Both the position numbers and the translations under genes were made by a program. The notes below the pieces were generated by a model that did not search any database, had not been told where the DNA came from, and was given only the letters and a program-made list of their open reading frames with translations. This document shows, one piece after another, positions 19,231 to 30,918 of a DNA stretch of 64,000 bases (the stretch's first letter is position 1; every line of letters starts with the position of its first letter). Source of the stretch: an uncultured Nitrososphaeraceae archaeon (GTDB lineage: Archaea; Thermoproteota; Nitrososphaeria; Nitrososphaerales; Nitrososphaeraceae); assembly GCA_963779615.1 (NCBI GenBank), contig CAVZZA010000003.1:288001-352000 (forward strand), written 5' to 3'.

Positions 19231-20190
19231 TTGAAAACAATCATAATTTCTCATGAATCTGACGTTGACGGAATTTTTTCTGCATCAATCGCTTTAATGA
19301 GATTTCCGCAAGCTAAAACGTTTTTTACAAGTTATGGAAAGGAGAATTTTACAAGAATCTCTGAGACTTTGTATAAAGAAATAATTTCAACACAAGAAAT
19401 AGGGCAGGTGATAATATCGGATCTAGGATTAAATGATGACATGATTGATCTTTTTAAAGAAATCATCATATTTTTAAAGGCGAATTTATGGTCAATGGTA
19501 TGGGTTGATCATCACCCATGGTCGGAGAGGGCAATAGAATCAGTTTCTGGAGGGGTACCAGTCCAACTTGTTCTTGACAAAACAGAAAAATTGTGCGCAA
19601 CCGAAATTATGTGCAATAAATTCTTAAAGGGAAACACTGTTGCAGAAGGGTTATCCCATATAGCTCATACCACGGATTTTTTTACAAAAGATCAGGAAAT
19701 TCCACCGTTGCCCGAGTTAATTGTATTCTATAAAACCTTTCCGGATTTTTATTCTCGAATTTCTGGACTGACAAAGAAAATTTCAAAAGGAACGTTATGG
19801 GATACAGAAATGCAAGAAGAATATAACCAATATTCAAAGTTAAGGGACCATGCAAAAGTTTCCACTTTTGATAAAATAAAAACCGTCAAGACAGATGAAG
19901 GGGTAAAAATTAGCATAGTGCCCACTTCACCCTACTTGCAAATTAGCCTTTTTTCAGAAGAGGTTTTCAAAGGAACAGGATCCGACATAGTATTTTTTTT
20001 TAACAAGGAAGGAAAAATAAGCATCAGAAGAAACAATGAAAACATACACTGTGACAAGATAGCTAAACAATTACTGGAGGGTGGAGGTCACAGGTTTGCT
20101 GCAGGGGGCAGGTTAAAGTCAAACCCGGAAGACATAGATAGAGTAATAAATGAAATAAAAAGTGCGGTAACAAACGCTATGATGGATTGA
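19231..20190 (+). CDS. DHH/DHHA1 family phosphoesterase
   Basis: SHESDVDG, ISDLG, WVDHH, GGGHRFAAG. Confidence 0.92.
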   Translation: MKTIIISHESDVDGIFSASIALMRFPQAKTFFTSYGKENFTRISETLYKEIISTQEIGQVIISDLGLNDDMIDLFKEIIIFLKANLWSMVWVDHHPWSERAIESVSGGVPVQLVLDKTEKLCATEIMCNKFLKGNTVAEGLSHIAHTTDFFTKDQEIPPLPELIVFYKTFPDFYSRISGLTKKISKGTLWDTEMQEEYNQYSKLRDHAKVSTFDKIKTVKTDEGVKISIVPTSPYLQISLFSEEVFKGTGSDIVFFFNKEGKISIRRNNENIHCDKIAKQLLEGGGHRFAAGGRLKSNPEDIDRVINEIKSAVTNAMMD

Positions 20191-20266
20191 TAGGCTAATA
20201 GATAAATTTACAAGAAATAATTGCCTTTGCATTATCAGGGTTTTTTAGAGTTTTTTTGCCACATAT

Positions 20267-20578
20267 TTATTGGGTCAGCGACACCTCGATATAAACATCT
20301 TCAGGTATTTTTAAACGCATTAATTGTCGTATTGATCTGTCATCTGCACCCAAGTCTATGACACGCCTGTGAACTCGAAGTTCATACTTGTCCCATGTGT
20401 TTGTCCCTTGCCCACAAGGGGATTTTCGGGTTACAACACGCATTTTTTTTGTAGGCAGTGGATGAGGGCCTTTCAATTTGATGCCATTTTTTTCTCCAAT
20501 ATCCTTTATCTCAGAGCAGACATTCTCCAAAGTTAAAAGATTTGTGCTTGTAAGTTTTATTCTAGCTTCTTGGGCCAT
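20267..20578 (-). CDS. rpsJ: 30S ribosomal protein uS10
   Basis: ARIKLTS, GPHPLPTK, TRKSPCGQG, RVHRRVID. Confidence 0.97.
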   Translation of the reverse strand: MAQEARIKLTSTNLLTLENVCSEIKDIGEKNGIKLKGPHPLPTKKMRVVTRKSPCGQGTNTWDKYELRVHRRVIDLGADDRSIRQLMRLKIPEDVYIEVSLTQ

Positions 20579-20589
20579 TCAACTTCTAC

Positions 20590-21904
20590 TCACTTTTTGT
20601 TTGGGTCATATTTATCAGTTATAGTTTTAACTATACCCGCAGCAATAGTTGTACCCATATCTCGTAATGCAAACCTACCGATTTCAGGAAATTCTTTAAA
20701 TGTTTCAATAGCCAAAGGTCTAACAGGCTTTATCTTTACTATAGCGGCATCACCTGTTTTCAGAAATTTTGGCTTTTCTTCAACTATTCCACCGGTTTTC
20801 GGATCGATTTTTGCCACAAATTCTGACAAAGTAGCAGCAACCTGTGCCGTGTGGGCATGTAAAACAGGCGTATATCCGGGAGCCAATGCTGTAGGGTGAT
20901 GAATTACGATAATTTGGGCTTCGAACTCTTTTGCGACACTAGGTGGACTATCAGAGTTTCCAATAATATCGCCTCTATGGATTAGTTTTTTATCTACACC
21001 TCTAAGGTTAAATCCGATGTTGTCACCTGCTTCAGCAGAGTCCATTTGAGTGTGATGAGTTTCTATAGACTTTACCTCACCCGTTACACCTGCTGGCATT
21101 ACAATAACTTTTTGATTTGCTTTTATAATTCCAGTTTCTACCCGGCCCACAGGTACAGGTACCTACTCCAGTAATAGAATAAACGTCTTGAATGGGTATA
21201 CGCAATGGTTTGTTGATAGGTTTTTCTGGCGGTATAAAGGAATCCAATGCTTCAGCTAATGTTGGCCCTTTGTACCAAGACATATTTTCGGATTTTTTAA
21301 CAAGGTTATCACCTTTCCACGCAGATACGGGAATAAAATTAACTTTAGATGTGTTGTATCCAACCATTTTCAGCATTTTTTCTACAATATCTTTGACTTC
21401 TTTAAATCGTGCTTCAGTATAACCAGCATCATCCATCTTGTTTAATGCAACAACGATTTGACCCACACCAAGGGTTCTGGAAAGAAATGCGTGTTCTCTC
21501 GCCTGGCCACCAGGTTCAGTAGCCGCCTCGGTCTCTCCGGGTTTAACTGAAACCACTAATATTGCTGCATCTGCCTCAGACGCACCAGTAATCATATTTT
21601 TAATGAAATCTCTATGGCCGGGGGCATCAATTAATGTGTAAAAGAATTTAGAGGTTTCAAATTTTTGAAAAGCTAAATCAATAGTGATACCTCGATCTCT
21701 TTCATCCTTGATGCTGTCCAATACCCATGCGTACTTGAAGGTATCACCTTTGCCAGTAGCTTCAGACTCCTTGGCAAATGTATCTATAGTTCTTTGATCA
21801 ATAACACCTAAATCGACCAATAAATGACCAACAGTGGTCGATTTACCATTATCAACATGTCCAGTTACCACCAAATTCAAATGTGGCTTTTTACTTGCAC
21901 TCAT
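20590..21904 (-). CDS. tuf: Elongation factor 1-alpha, with a single extra base near 21158 splitting it into two ORFs
   Basis: [21 protein letters not shown]. The expected [13 protein letters not shown] is restored by deleting one base from GGT-ACC-TGT-ACC-TGT-GGG. Confidence 0.95.
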
Positions 21905-22491
21905 AACTGTTAAAAATCATTGAGGGGTTTATTTATATTTCGTTATCTCATGTGACTCTGTTTACTTAAATTTTGCGCATATCTAAAGACGCGTATTTCC
22001 ATTATTGGGCATAATAGAAACAGCAAAGCATCTAAATGTAGACATCTACATTGGGATTATACTGTTCATTTGATCCTTCCCTAGGAAAGACATTCCAAAA
22101 ATTATCCTGCTTTGTAAACCACAATAACACTTTAATGTGAAAATAAAGTCAAATTTATTATCCAAGTCAAATATTGTAGAAAAGAAGGACAATGAATAGC
22201 ACCTGGATCTGCAATTGACGAAACTCTAACTAAAATTTGAGGTCGCCATACTGCTGCTGTCTATGGCGGTTTCCTTAAATTCCATAAACAAATTAATAGC
22301 GGGTGTCTTGTATACACTTAGGGAACGCTTTAATTGTTCAAGTCCACAAACACAAGAAAAAGACAATAAATAATTCATTGTTTAGTAAGGGTGTTGGGAA
22401 AGTACAGAGTATTTTCAAGCATTAACATTCTTGAAGATAGAAAACCTTCTTCATCTTTCTCATCATCACAATGCAATAACCCATCCTTTAA

Positions 22492-23248
22492 AAAATCATC
22501 ATGGAACATAAAATGTATGCGTAAAACATTGCATTGGTGCTATTTCGCTGCAGAAAGAGGAAGTGTGGATTAACGCATATTCAAAATGGCCCAACCTATT
22601 TGGATATACAGATAATGAAGTGATTGCTTGGGTATACACCAGTTCGACTTAAACTCGGTTATAGTCATCTTCTAGTCGTACTATATCATTCTCATCAAAT
22701 TCTCCTGTGGATATTTCTAAGATAACAGAAGTACCTTCCAAGTTTACTATCCTATGTTTTGACCCTCTGCCGATATAAAAAGAGTCATTTTCGGCCAACC
22801 GATATTCATCATCATTAAGGTATATTATAATTGAGCCTTTGATTACTTTCCACCGTTCATCACGTTTATGATGATATTGTAAACTCGTTTGCTGGTTTGG
22901 ATTTAAATAAAGAATTTTTACAGTGCATTTTTCATTTTCTATATATTTTTCAAACTTTCCCCAAGGCCTTTCTTCAACATAAACATCCATTTTATTTAAT
23001 CATCTACTTTTAATTAGCATTCTATATGCAACAATAGAAAACATTATTTTTATAATGTATGTTATATATTATATATTAATTGTGGCTTTAGCTACATACT
23101 GTTTCCTTGCTTTAACGATGATTCTAAACAGATTGGGCCATTTTGAATATGCGTTAATCCACACTTCCTCTTTCTGCAGCGAAATAGCACCAAAGCAGTC
23201 ACCAATGCAATGTTTTACGCATACATTTTATGCTTCCATGATGATTTT
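22492..23248. repeat. Long inverted repeat (arms about 22492-22604 and 23123-23248) flanking the cupin gene
   Basis: 61-bp perfect core (22534-22594 vs 23133-23193) plus a further block of about 33 bp; the right arm carries a 12-bp insertion. Confidence 0.92.
22649..22990 (-). CDS. Cupin, type II mannose-6-phosphate isomerase C-terminal-like
   Basis: ERPWGKF, SLQYHHKRDERW, HRIVN, ILEISTGEFDENDIVRLEDDY. Confidence 0.9.
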   Translation of the reverse strand: MDVYVEERPWGKFEKYIENEKCTVKILYLNPNQQTSLQYHHKRDERWKVIKGSIIIYLNDDEYRLAENDSFYIGRGSKHRIVNLEGTSVILEISTGEFDENDIVRLEDDYNRV

Positions 23249-24016
23249 CTCATAGGGAGAACATGAAGACAATGATCCATTTTGAAAATTTGCAAATCTG
23301 TGTTGGGTGGAACTTTCCACTTCCACCACCACCATTCTCTGTTGATACAAGGAACGGCAAGAAGAGAGATGAAAAGAGAGATATTTCCCATGAATTTCAA
23401 TAAAGCGGGGAACAATCACCCGGCAATTTACACAAGTCTTTCTTGAGATATCCCACATACACGTTTTGATTCAGTTTTTGGCAATAGCAATCACCGCGCC
23501 ACCATATCTAATTGCGCATAACAAACCGGGTTTTTGATCGTCTAATCAACCATGAATCTTTACTCTTTGTAAAGTACTTGATTACCTTTAAAAAAATTTG
23601 AACCCGATTTCTTCTCAATTTCGCACTCTGACTCCTTTTATTGGTTTTTCTACAGAAAGTAATGCTGCTTTTGAATATTCCCCAATTACGGTCAAAAAAA
23701 GTGAAAGGTAGCAAATATGCCTAGTTCCCGATCTTATTTCCATATCCCGTAAAAAGTACAAGCGACAAATAAGAAAGAAAACTATATCATGATGCTTTGC
23801 TTCAATGCCTTAATTTTAGCCAATATTTGGATATTATAATATGCTGTATGCAATAGGCCTAAAACATTGTTTGTAATTATTCCCGAATTTCCCCAAAATA
23901 ACAAAAACATACATAAAATCTTAACGCAGGTGTCACAGGATTTGTAATCACAGATAAGTCATTTACCAACATCAAGAATAGAAAAGATGTGTATGGAGAT
24001 TTCACAGGTAAAAAAA

Positions 24017-24388
24017 TCATACGTTGATAGACAAAAGTGCCTCATCTAATGTTGACAGACATTGGACAAACAGGCTAGAACTTCTCCTAAAAAGCCACAA
24101 GGAAAATTCTTCGAATGTGAAAACTCGCTGATGAGGAACTGCTATTGGAACAAAGCCCCCAAAGCTAATGACTTGAATAACCACAAAATTTTCATTAATG
24201 ATGGCTAACTCTTGTTCACCAAACTCATTTTCTTCGTCCAATAGAGTGGTATAGAGAATAACGGGTTTTCCATTACCAGCTTTTGACATGTTAAGAGATA
24301 GATCCTCTAGTTTCTTTCTGAAAATATTGACTAAAAAATCGTCAAACGACATTTGTTTTTCATTACAGAGGCCTTTCTCTTTTTTCAA
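24017..24388 (-). CDS. Hypothetical protein
   Basis: 123-aa ORF, protein-like. Confidence 0.6.
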   Translation of the reverse strand: MKKEKGLCNEKQMSFDDFLVNIFRKKLEDLSLNMSKAGNGKPVILYTTLLDEENEFGEQELAIINENFVVIQVISFGGFVPIAVPHQRVFTFEEFSLWLFRRSSSLFVQCLSTLDEALLSINV

Positions 24389-24534
24389 CTGATTGATGTT
24401 TAAAAAACAATTTATCTATATCAATGATCACAACTATTGACTTTTTAACCAATGTTTATTATATATCCATTAACGGTATGTGATATACTGAAAGGTATTT
24501 CTTGAACCTCAATAAATTTAAACGACTAACAAAA

Positions 24535-27500
24535 TTAATTTATGGATATCTTAATCTCTTTTCCATCTATATCAATTGATTTGTGGTTAAACTTGTTATC
24601 CGGTACTTCAGAAAACACAACATCCCTTACACGAACCAGGTTTTTAATCTCCTCATAATAATTTTTTAATTGCATAATTTCATCTTTTGATATGTTCGAT
24701 ATGTATGCACAGGCAAGTATTTCTGTTGGATTAAAACCTAGTTCTTTCCTTAGTTGTTGTATGTTTCTTGATAGATCCCTCACTAAACCTTTTATTATTA
24801 ACTCATCATTTCTAGATATATTGATTAGCAATAGAATGTTCTCTTTTTCCCCAGAAGCATAATTTTCATTGGGCAGGTATGCTATACCCAAATCAGCTTC
24901 AGTTAAATCAATAGATGCGTTGTTGGAATACTGGCAAGAAAAGAACCCTTTTTCCTTGATATCAAATAGAATTTGGTTCGCATCCATTAATGAAAATTTT
25001 TGGATTAAAAGTTCAATGTCAGATTTCACTTTTTTTGCTACAACTTTTCTATTGATATCAATCTTGGGTATAATCGGTGCTTTGTTTTCCAGTAGATTTA
25101 TGATTTTTTCAACATTATTGTTATACTGCAACTCACGGATAAACAGGCTGTTGATATTCAACTGGTCATTCAGAATTTCCTTTATTCCCTTGGTTTTCAT
25201 AAAATCAACGTTTTTACGATAGATGTATGCAGATTCTAACGGCCATCTTCTTTTTAGTTTTGATTTATTCCGGATAGAATAGGATAATGACGCAACCTCT
25301 TTGACTACATCAAAGGCAGATTCGGTTTCATGGTTTGAAACTTTTTGAAGGATTTCTTTATCAGACCAGCAATCCATTAAAATAGTTTCATGGCGTTTAA
25401 AACAGGACAAGTAAAGAAAATCTGTTGTAAATGGACTGAACGGATGCAATAAAAGGTCAATATTCTTAAGGCAGGTGCATAAAACCGAATAGATAGTAAA
25501 TCTACGAAACTGGTTTTCCATCTCATCGTTCCACAAATCATATCTAATCAAAGGAACATAAGTTTGACTTAACGAGGTAATAACAAACTCCTCTATGGAT
25601 CGGGACGCTTCATGGAATTTACAGCCGTCAACAAAAGAGGTAACATTGGTGATTAGTTTTTCTAATTTGGTCAATATCCACACATCAGGAGTTTGTAGGT
25701 GTCCGTCAGAAAAAAGTGATTTTAACGTATACCTACTGTCGTCAAACTTGTCATATTCGCTATTTTGTTTATAATACACATGCAAATAATATAATGTGCT
25801 AATAATCTGGTGTGGTCTGCCCAGCATCTCTTTTGTGCTGAAACTTATGGGCTCTATTGGAGAAGATTTCCACATAAAATAAAACCTAACCAAGTCTATA
25901 GGGTTCTTATCCAAGAGTAATGATGCGTCTATAACATTGCCAGCGCTTTTACTCATTTTATTTCCCTTTTCGTCCAACACGTGCCCAGTAAATAGAAAGG
26001 ATCTAAATGGGGATTGGGGACGGTTGGTTAAAAGTATATTTAGCATCAATAAAGTATATGCCCAGCCTCTTGTTTGGTCAATCCCTTCGGTCAGAAATTC
26101 AACCGGTATTAGTTTATCATATTCCTCGTCGGTTAAAGATGAGAATGGTGCACTGCCACTATTATGCCAAGTATCCAGTACAAAGGTTTCCCTGTCCATA
26201 ATGTTATGGCAATTTGGGCAAATAATCTGTATTTTATCTATCCACGGCCTATGTAATTCAAAGTCCTTACCATCGGGTAGGCTTATAGCTGATTCAACTA
26301 TTTCCTTTCTAGAAAACAGCCCTTTTTTCTCATGACAAGTAGCACAAGTCCATATTGGTAAAGGGGTTCCCCAAAACCTTTCACGGGAAATGCACCATGG
26401 AACTTTTTCTTTTATTATTTCGACAAATCTGTTTTTTGGTTGATCATAATAATAATTGATTTCATTGGCAGCATCGATGGGTTTGTTTTCGAGTTTATCA
26501 ATCATGTAAAAATACTCCCTTCTGGCCAGCCATACGATTTTGTGATGGGATCTCCAGCAGGTAGGATATTTATGTTTGATTTTACCTGTTTTCACTGCAG
26601 AATTGGCCTCGAACATTGCATTGACTATCACTGCATCGGCGTCCCTAACAAAAAGATCTTTAAACTTGCCTGCTTTCTCATTAAAAGTAACTTTATCGTC
26701 TATCGGAACAAAAATTGGTATATTTCTTCTTAGTGCAACCTCAAAGTCTTGCTCACCATTAGCAGGGGACAAATGTACAATGCCACTTCCTGTATTCACG
26801 TCAACAAAACCTTCTGCAACTACAAAATGGATTAACTTCTTGCGATAAAGTTCACACAACCCAGGAATATCCTTAATCAGCGGATGAATATAGTGCCTTC
26901 CCTCTAGATCTTTACCCAATAAAGTCTTTGTGACTTTGTAGTCCTGTATCTTTAATTCCAGCATCAGATCTTTTAATCTGCTCTCGGAGACTATCCAATT
27001 TTCAGCTTTGTCTTTATTGTCAACGGTGGTCAATACATAGCGTGCATCAGGATTCACACCAACCAGCTCATCTGTAACTATTGTGAACGGCATAGTGGTC
27101 CAAACAATTAGGAAAATATCACCACCATCACCACCATCATTTTCTAATCTCACTTTATAATAAAAAGAGGGATCTTCAACGTCCTCATAACTTTGATTAA
27201 TTTCTGAATTACTAAGAGAGGTCTGGCATGAGGGACAGTATGCAACTACCCTAAATCGCTCCTTTAAAATATTGTTGTTATAGGCCTTTTTAACATATTT
27301 CCATTCTCTCTCTATATAGGAATCAGTAAAGGTCCAATAGGCGTTATCATAATCAAAAGACATTCCAAGTAAATTGTCAACATCAAGCCACTTTTTATTA
27401 TATTCTGCAATAATTTTTTTACACGTATTAACTATTTTTTCAATCCCTACTTTTTTTAAGTTTTCAGCCTTGTTACCAGTAAGCCCTAAAACTTTTTCTG

Positions 27501-27819
27501 CATTCAGTTCAACAGGCAAACCCTGTGCGTCCCAGCCGGCTCTAAACACGACTCTTTTCTTTTCAATAGAATTTTTACGATACCATAAATCCTTTATTAT
27601 GCGCCCTCTTAAATGGCCTATGTGAGGCTCACCATTCATGGTTGGTGGTCCATCTATAAAGCCAATCGTTTTAGAAAAATTATTACCGTCATTAATAAAA
27701 GTTCTAATAATATTTTTTATTTCCGGCTTTTGATAGTAAGCCCTGACTTGATTTTCAATTAGTTTGGCATCAAATTTATCGCCTAAATTCATCCTATTAG
27801 TTGTCCCGGCCATTTCCAT
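24535..27819 (-). CDS. ileS: Isoleucine-tRNA ligase
   Basis: DGPP...PHIGH, GWDAQGLPVE, WTTMP, WCISRERFWGTP, EGIDQTRGW, KMSKS. Confidence 0.97.
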   Translation of the reverse strand: MEMAGTTNRMNLGDKFDAKLIENQVRAYYQKPEIKNIIRTFINDGNNFSKTIGFIDGPPTMNGEPHIGHLRGRIIKDLWYRKNSIEKKRVVFRAGWDAQGLPVELNAEKVLGLTGNKAENLKKVGIEKIVNTCKKIIAEYNKKWLDVDNLLGMSFDYDNAYWTFTDSYIEREWKYVKKAYNNNILKERFRVVAYCPSCQTSLSNSEINQSYEDVEDPSFYYKVRLENDGGDGGDIFLIVWTTMPFTIVTDELVGVNPDARYVLTTVDNKDKAENWIVSESRLKDLMLELKIQDYKVTKTLLGKDLEGRHYIHPLIKDIPGLCELYRKKLIHFVVAEGFVDVNTGSGIVHLSPANGEQDFEVALRRNIPIFVPIDDKVTFNEKAGKFKDLFVRDADAVIVNAMFEANSAVKTGKIKHKYPTCWRSHHKIVWLARREYFYMIDKLENKPIDAANEINYYYDQPKNRFVEIIKEKVPWCISRERFWGTPLPIWTCATCHEKKGLFSRKEIVESAISLPDGKDFELHRPWIDKIQIICPNCHNIMDRETFVLDTWHNSGSAPFSSLTDEEYDKLIPVEFLTEGIDQTRGWAYTLLMLNILLTNRPQSPFRSFLFTGHVLDEKGNKMSKSAGNVIDASLLLDKNPIDLVRFYFMWKSSPIEPISFSTKEMLGRPHQIISTLYYLHVYYKQNSEYDKFDDSRYTLKSLFSDGHLQTPDVWILTKLEKLITNVTSFVDGCKFHEASRSIEEFVITSLSQTYVPLIRYDLWNDEMENQFRRFTIYSVLCTCLKNIDLLLHPFSPFTTDFLYLSCFKRHETILMDCWSDKEILQKVSNHETESAFDVVKEVASLSYSIRNKSKLKRRWPLESAYIYRKNVDFMKTKGIKEILNDQLNINSLFIRELQYNNNVEKIINLLENKAPIIPKIDINRKVVAKKVKSDIELLIQKFSLMDANQILFDIKEKGFFSCQYSNNASIDLTEADLGIAYLPNENYASGEKENILLLINISRNDELIIKGLVRDLSRNIQQLRKELGFNPTEILACAYISNISKDEIMQLKNYYEEIKNLVRVRDVVFSEVPDNKFNHKSIDIDGKEIKISIN

Positions 27820-28083
27820 CCTTTATGTTTTTGGAAAACCAGATCTAAAGTACTTGATGTGTCTTAAAAATATTCAACCACACTAACAACACACATAATT
27901 TACGATCCATGATTTAAACATAGTTTAACAAATAAATCATCATCTACTGTACGCCAAAACATTGTATTTTTATAAATCAACAGATAATATCAAAGTAACA
28001 AAGCGAAGACACAATCATGCGATACTCATGTCACTACCTAAAAAGAACAATAGAATTATATTCAAACTGCTTAAACAATTTAC

Positions 28084-28626
28084 ATGAATAATATTAATAA
28101 AATCGGTTCAGGAAAAAACCCTCCAAGTGACATTTACACGGTAATTGAAATACCAAAAGATAGTAATATCAAATACGAAGTAGACGAAAAAACAGGAACT
28201 CTATTTGTTGATAGAAAACTCCATACATCTATGATATACCCGTTTAACTATGGGTTTATTCCACAGACAAAAGAAGAAGATGGGGATCCGATTGATGTCC
28301 TACTCCTTGGTAATGATCAATATTCACCTTTATCAGTAGTCAGGTCTAAACCAATAGGTGTTTTGCTAACTGAAGATGAAGAGGGAGGGGACTCAAAAAT
28401 AATAGCAGTCCCTCACGAAAAAATCGACGCAAGTTATTCCAATTATAGTGAAATTGAACAGATAGGCAAAGAGACATCAAACAAGATAAAACATTTTTTC
28501 GAGCATTATAAGGAACTTGAAGAAGGGAAATTTGTCAAGGTTATCGACTGGAAAAATAAAACTATAGCAGAAAAAATAGTCACGGAAGGCATTCAAAGAT
28601 TTAAAACCGCCAATATCGCAGATTAA
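28084..28626 (+). CDS. ppa: Inorganic pyrophosphatase
   Basis: YPFNYGFIP, DGDPIDV, HFFEHYKELE. Confidence 0.97.
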   Translation: MNNINKIGSGKNPPSDIYTVIEIPKDSNIKYEVDEKTGTLFVDRKLHTSMIYPFNYGFIPQTKEEDGDPIDVLLLGNDQYSPLSVVRSKPIGVLLTEDEEGGDSKIIAVPHEKIDASYSNYSEIEQIGKETSNKIKHFFEHYKELEEGKFVKVIDWKNKTIAEKIVTEGIQRFKTANIAD

Positions 28627-29927
28627 AGTGCCTTAAATTGTTCGCTCCAGCGCATGTAGGCCCTTACCATGTCAGAGCTGACACTTGGTTTTCTAACCTT
28701 AATCATATCTTTAAAATCATTTAAATTCAATGCTCGAGGCAACTCCGATCCGTTCATAGGGTCCCCATTCTCAAATAGTTCGTTTACAACTTTTAATTGC
28801 GCAGATTGGCAAATGTCTTTAATATCGCTTGCACTGTATGATTCAGACAACTTGGCCAACTCATCTATTTTTAGCGATGAGTCATTGTTTAGTTTTGAAA
28901 CATACTGTTTAAAAAGACTTTTTCTGGACATCATGTCAGGCAAAGTTACATATATCCTTTTTTGGAACCGCCTTAAAAATCCAGACTCCAAACTCCATGG
29001 TTTGTTGGTAGCACCAATTACATAAACGAATGAATTTTTGGATTTGTCATTTATTCCATCCATTTCTGTCAAAAATTGGTTTTTTACCCTTACCTCCCCT
29101 CCCACTTCACCGTTTCTTGTTCCAAGTAATGAATCTATTTCGTCAATAAAAAGCAATATAGGAATTTGTTCTTTTTCATGCAATTTTCTTGCAAAAGTAA
29201 ACAATTTGGAAATATTTTTCTCTGCCTCCCCTAGCCATTTGCTCATCATTGAGGGAGCATCCATTACGATAAAATATCCGTGTATTTCTGCGGCTGCGGC
29301 TGCCGCAAGCAAAGTTTTTCCGCATCCTGGAGGGCCGAACAGCAGTATCCCTCGTGGCCAGCCTAAAGGAAATAGATCGGATCGTTTAGTTGGATAAACA
29401 ATAGATTCCCGGATAGCTCTCTTTGCATCTTCCAATCCAACAACCTCATTCCAAGAAACTAAGGGTTTTTCCTTAAGGATTAGGTTATCAAATTCGGAGT
29501 TTGTCTCAGAGTTTTTTTTTGTATCAAACTGATTGAGGGTGCTGTTGTTGTTTGCAGAATGTGATGATTTATTTTGATTCCCAAAAACGGATCCGGTTTT
29601 AACTTGAGGTTTTGAGTTTTTGCTATCTGACAAACCGCTATCATGGATCATATTGGCAACCTCTTTGCTGCTGGTCTGTGCCTCATCACCCAATAGTCCA
29701 TTTGCCATTTGTAAAGCCTTAATGCGATTTTGATAGGCGCTGGCCCGTTCCAAATAAACCCTATTTAATTTGTATTCGGGGTAAATTTCCACTAATCTTA
29801 TCAATGCCTCACTAGCACGCTGGTATGACTGAATTGCAACAGAATGAGAACCTTGAGAATCGAGTTTTATTGCTTCAGCAGCAAATTTACTCGCGGTATT
29901 TTCTAATTCCTGTGGTGCCAGTGTCAT
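28623..29927 (-). CDS. cdvC: Vps4/CdvC AAA ATPase (MIT + AAA)
   Basis: N-terminal MIT-like helices, GPPGCGKT, SKWLGEAEK, FIDEID, RRFQKRIYV, Vps4-like C-terminal helix. Confidence 0.9.
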   Translation of the reverse strand: MTLAPQELENTASKFAAEAIKLDSQGSHSVAIQSYQRASEALIRLVEIYPEYKLNRVYLERASAYQNRIKALQMANGLLGDEAQTSSKEVANMIHDSGLSDSKNSKPQVKTGSVFGNQNKSSHSANNNSTLNQFDTKKNSETNSEFDNLILKEKPLVSWNEVVGLEDAKRAIRESIVYPTKRSDLFPLGWPRGILLFGPPGCGKTLLAAAAAAEIHGYFIVMDAPSMMSKWLGEAEKNISKLFTFARKLHEKEQIPILLFIDEIDSLLGTRNGEVGGEVRVKNQFLTEMDGINDKSKNSFVYVIGATNKPWSLESGFLRRFQKRIYVTLPDMMSRKSLFKQYVSKLNNDSSLKIDELAKLSESYSASDIKDICQSAQLKVVNELFENGDPMNGSELPRALNLNDFKDMIKVRKPSVSSDMVRAYMRWSEQFKAL

Positions 29928-30117
29928 TTTTTTACTTTCTTTCTATATATTTTCAGGTTCTTAGAAAGAATACAAGGTAAAGAGTTATTACCTAAAGAAG
30001 AAAAAAAAATAGACCAAAACAGACTAACTACGTCAAAGAACTTGTTTCTTTTTTTTTAATTATTAATATAAAATTATTGACAATAGACCTTACTATCATA
30101 CAATCAAAATTAACCTG

Positions 30118-30918
30118 ATGATGTCTGAAGAAAAAATAGAAAACCATGAAATAATAGGTGGTCTGGAAGAGGCAGGATTATCAAAATATGAGTCTTCAGC
30201 ATATTATAATTTGCTTGGAAAAGGCATGGTTTCTGCTACTGAAATAGCATATTGTTCTAATTTGCCTAGGACTAAAATTTACTCGGTATTAAAAAAACTT
30301 GAGAAAAAAAAATTGGTTCTGATAAACTATCAGAAACCTCTTCTGTGCAGAGCTGTTTCACCTAAAGAGGCATTTAACGAGATGATAAACAAATACGAAA
30401 ATAAATTCAAGGGGCTAAAAAAAACCATCTATAGTCTACAACAAATTAATGACGAAGGGTTAAGAAACAAAGGCATTGAAGAAAAAAAATATTTTGTATT
30501 AAATCAATTTTCTACTGCTAACAAAATAATAGATCTGATCAAGAAAACCAAAAATTCCATCGACGCTATGGTAAACTTATGGGGAAACAAACTATTGACA
30601 CACTCCAAGGATGAAATAGTCAAAACCATCATTGATGGAGTAAGAGTAAGAGTAATTTTTGACACTAAATGCAAATCTGAAGAAAAAACCATTCCAAATT
30701 CAATAGAAAAAAAATTTGCGAAAGTTACAACAAATATTTTTGTTTTTGATGATTACAACATACTAATATTGGATAACAGTGGAACAAAGTCTGCATTGAT
30801 TCAGTCAAATGAGATTTTTTTATCTACAATAATGAACCAATTCGATGGCCTGTGGAATGACCATGAGAACAGAATAGTTGAACCAGATAACAAAATCAGG
30901 TTCCTTAATAACAATTAA
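30118..30918 (+). CDS. TrmB family transcriptional regulator
   Basis: GLSKYESSAY...ATEIA...LPRTKIYSVLKKLEKK. Confidence 0.9.
   Translation: MMSEEKIENHEIIGGLEEAGLSKYESSAYYNLLGKGMVSATEIAYCSNLPRTKIYSVLKKLEKKKLVLINYQKPLLCRAVSPKEAFNEMINKYENKFKGLKKTIYSLQQINDEGLRNKGIEEKKYFVLNQFSTANKIIDLIKKTKNSIDAMVNLWGNKLLTHSKDEIVKTIIDGVRVRVIFDTKCKSEEKTIPNSIEKKFAKVTTNIFVFDDYNILILDNSGTKSALIQSNEIFLSTIMNQFDGLWNDHENRIVEPDNKIRFLNNN

Noticed and set aside
22391-23458. Short ORFs overlapping the inverted-repeat arms
   Set aside because: No recognisable motifs, and frames are not preserved between the two arms.
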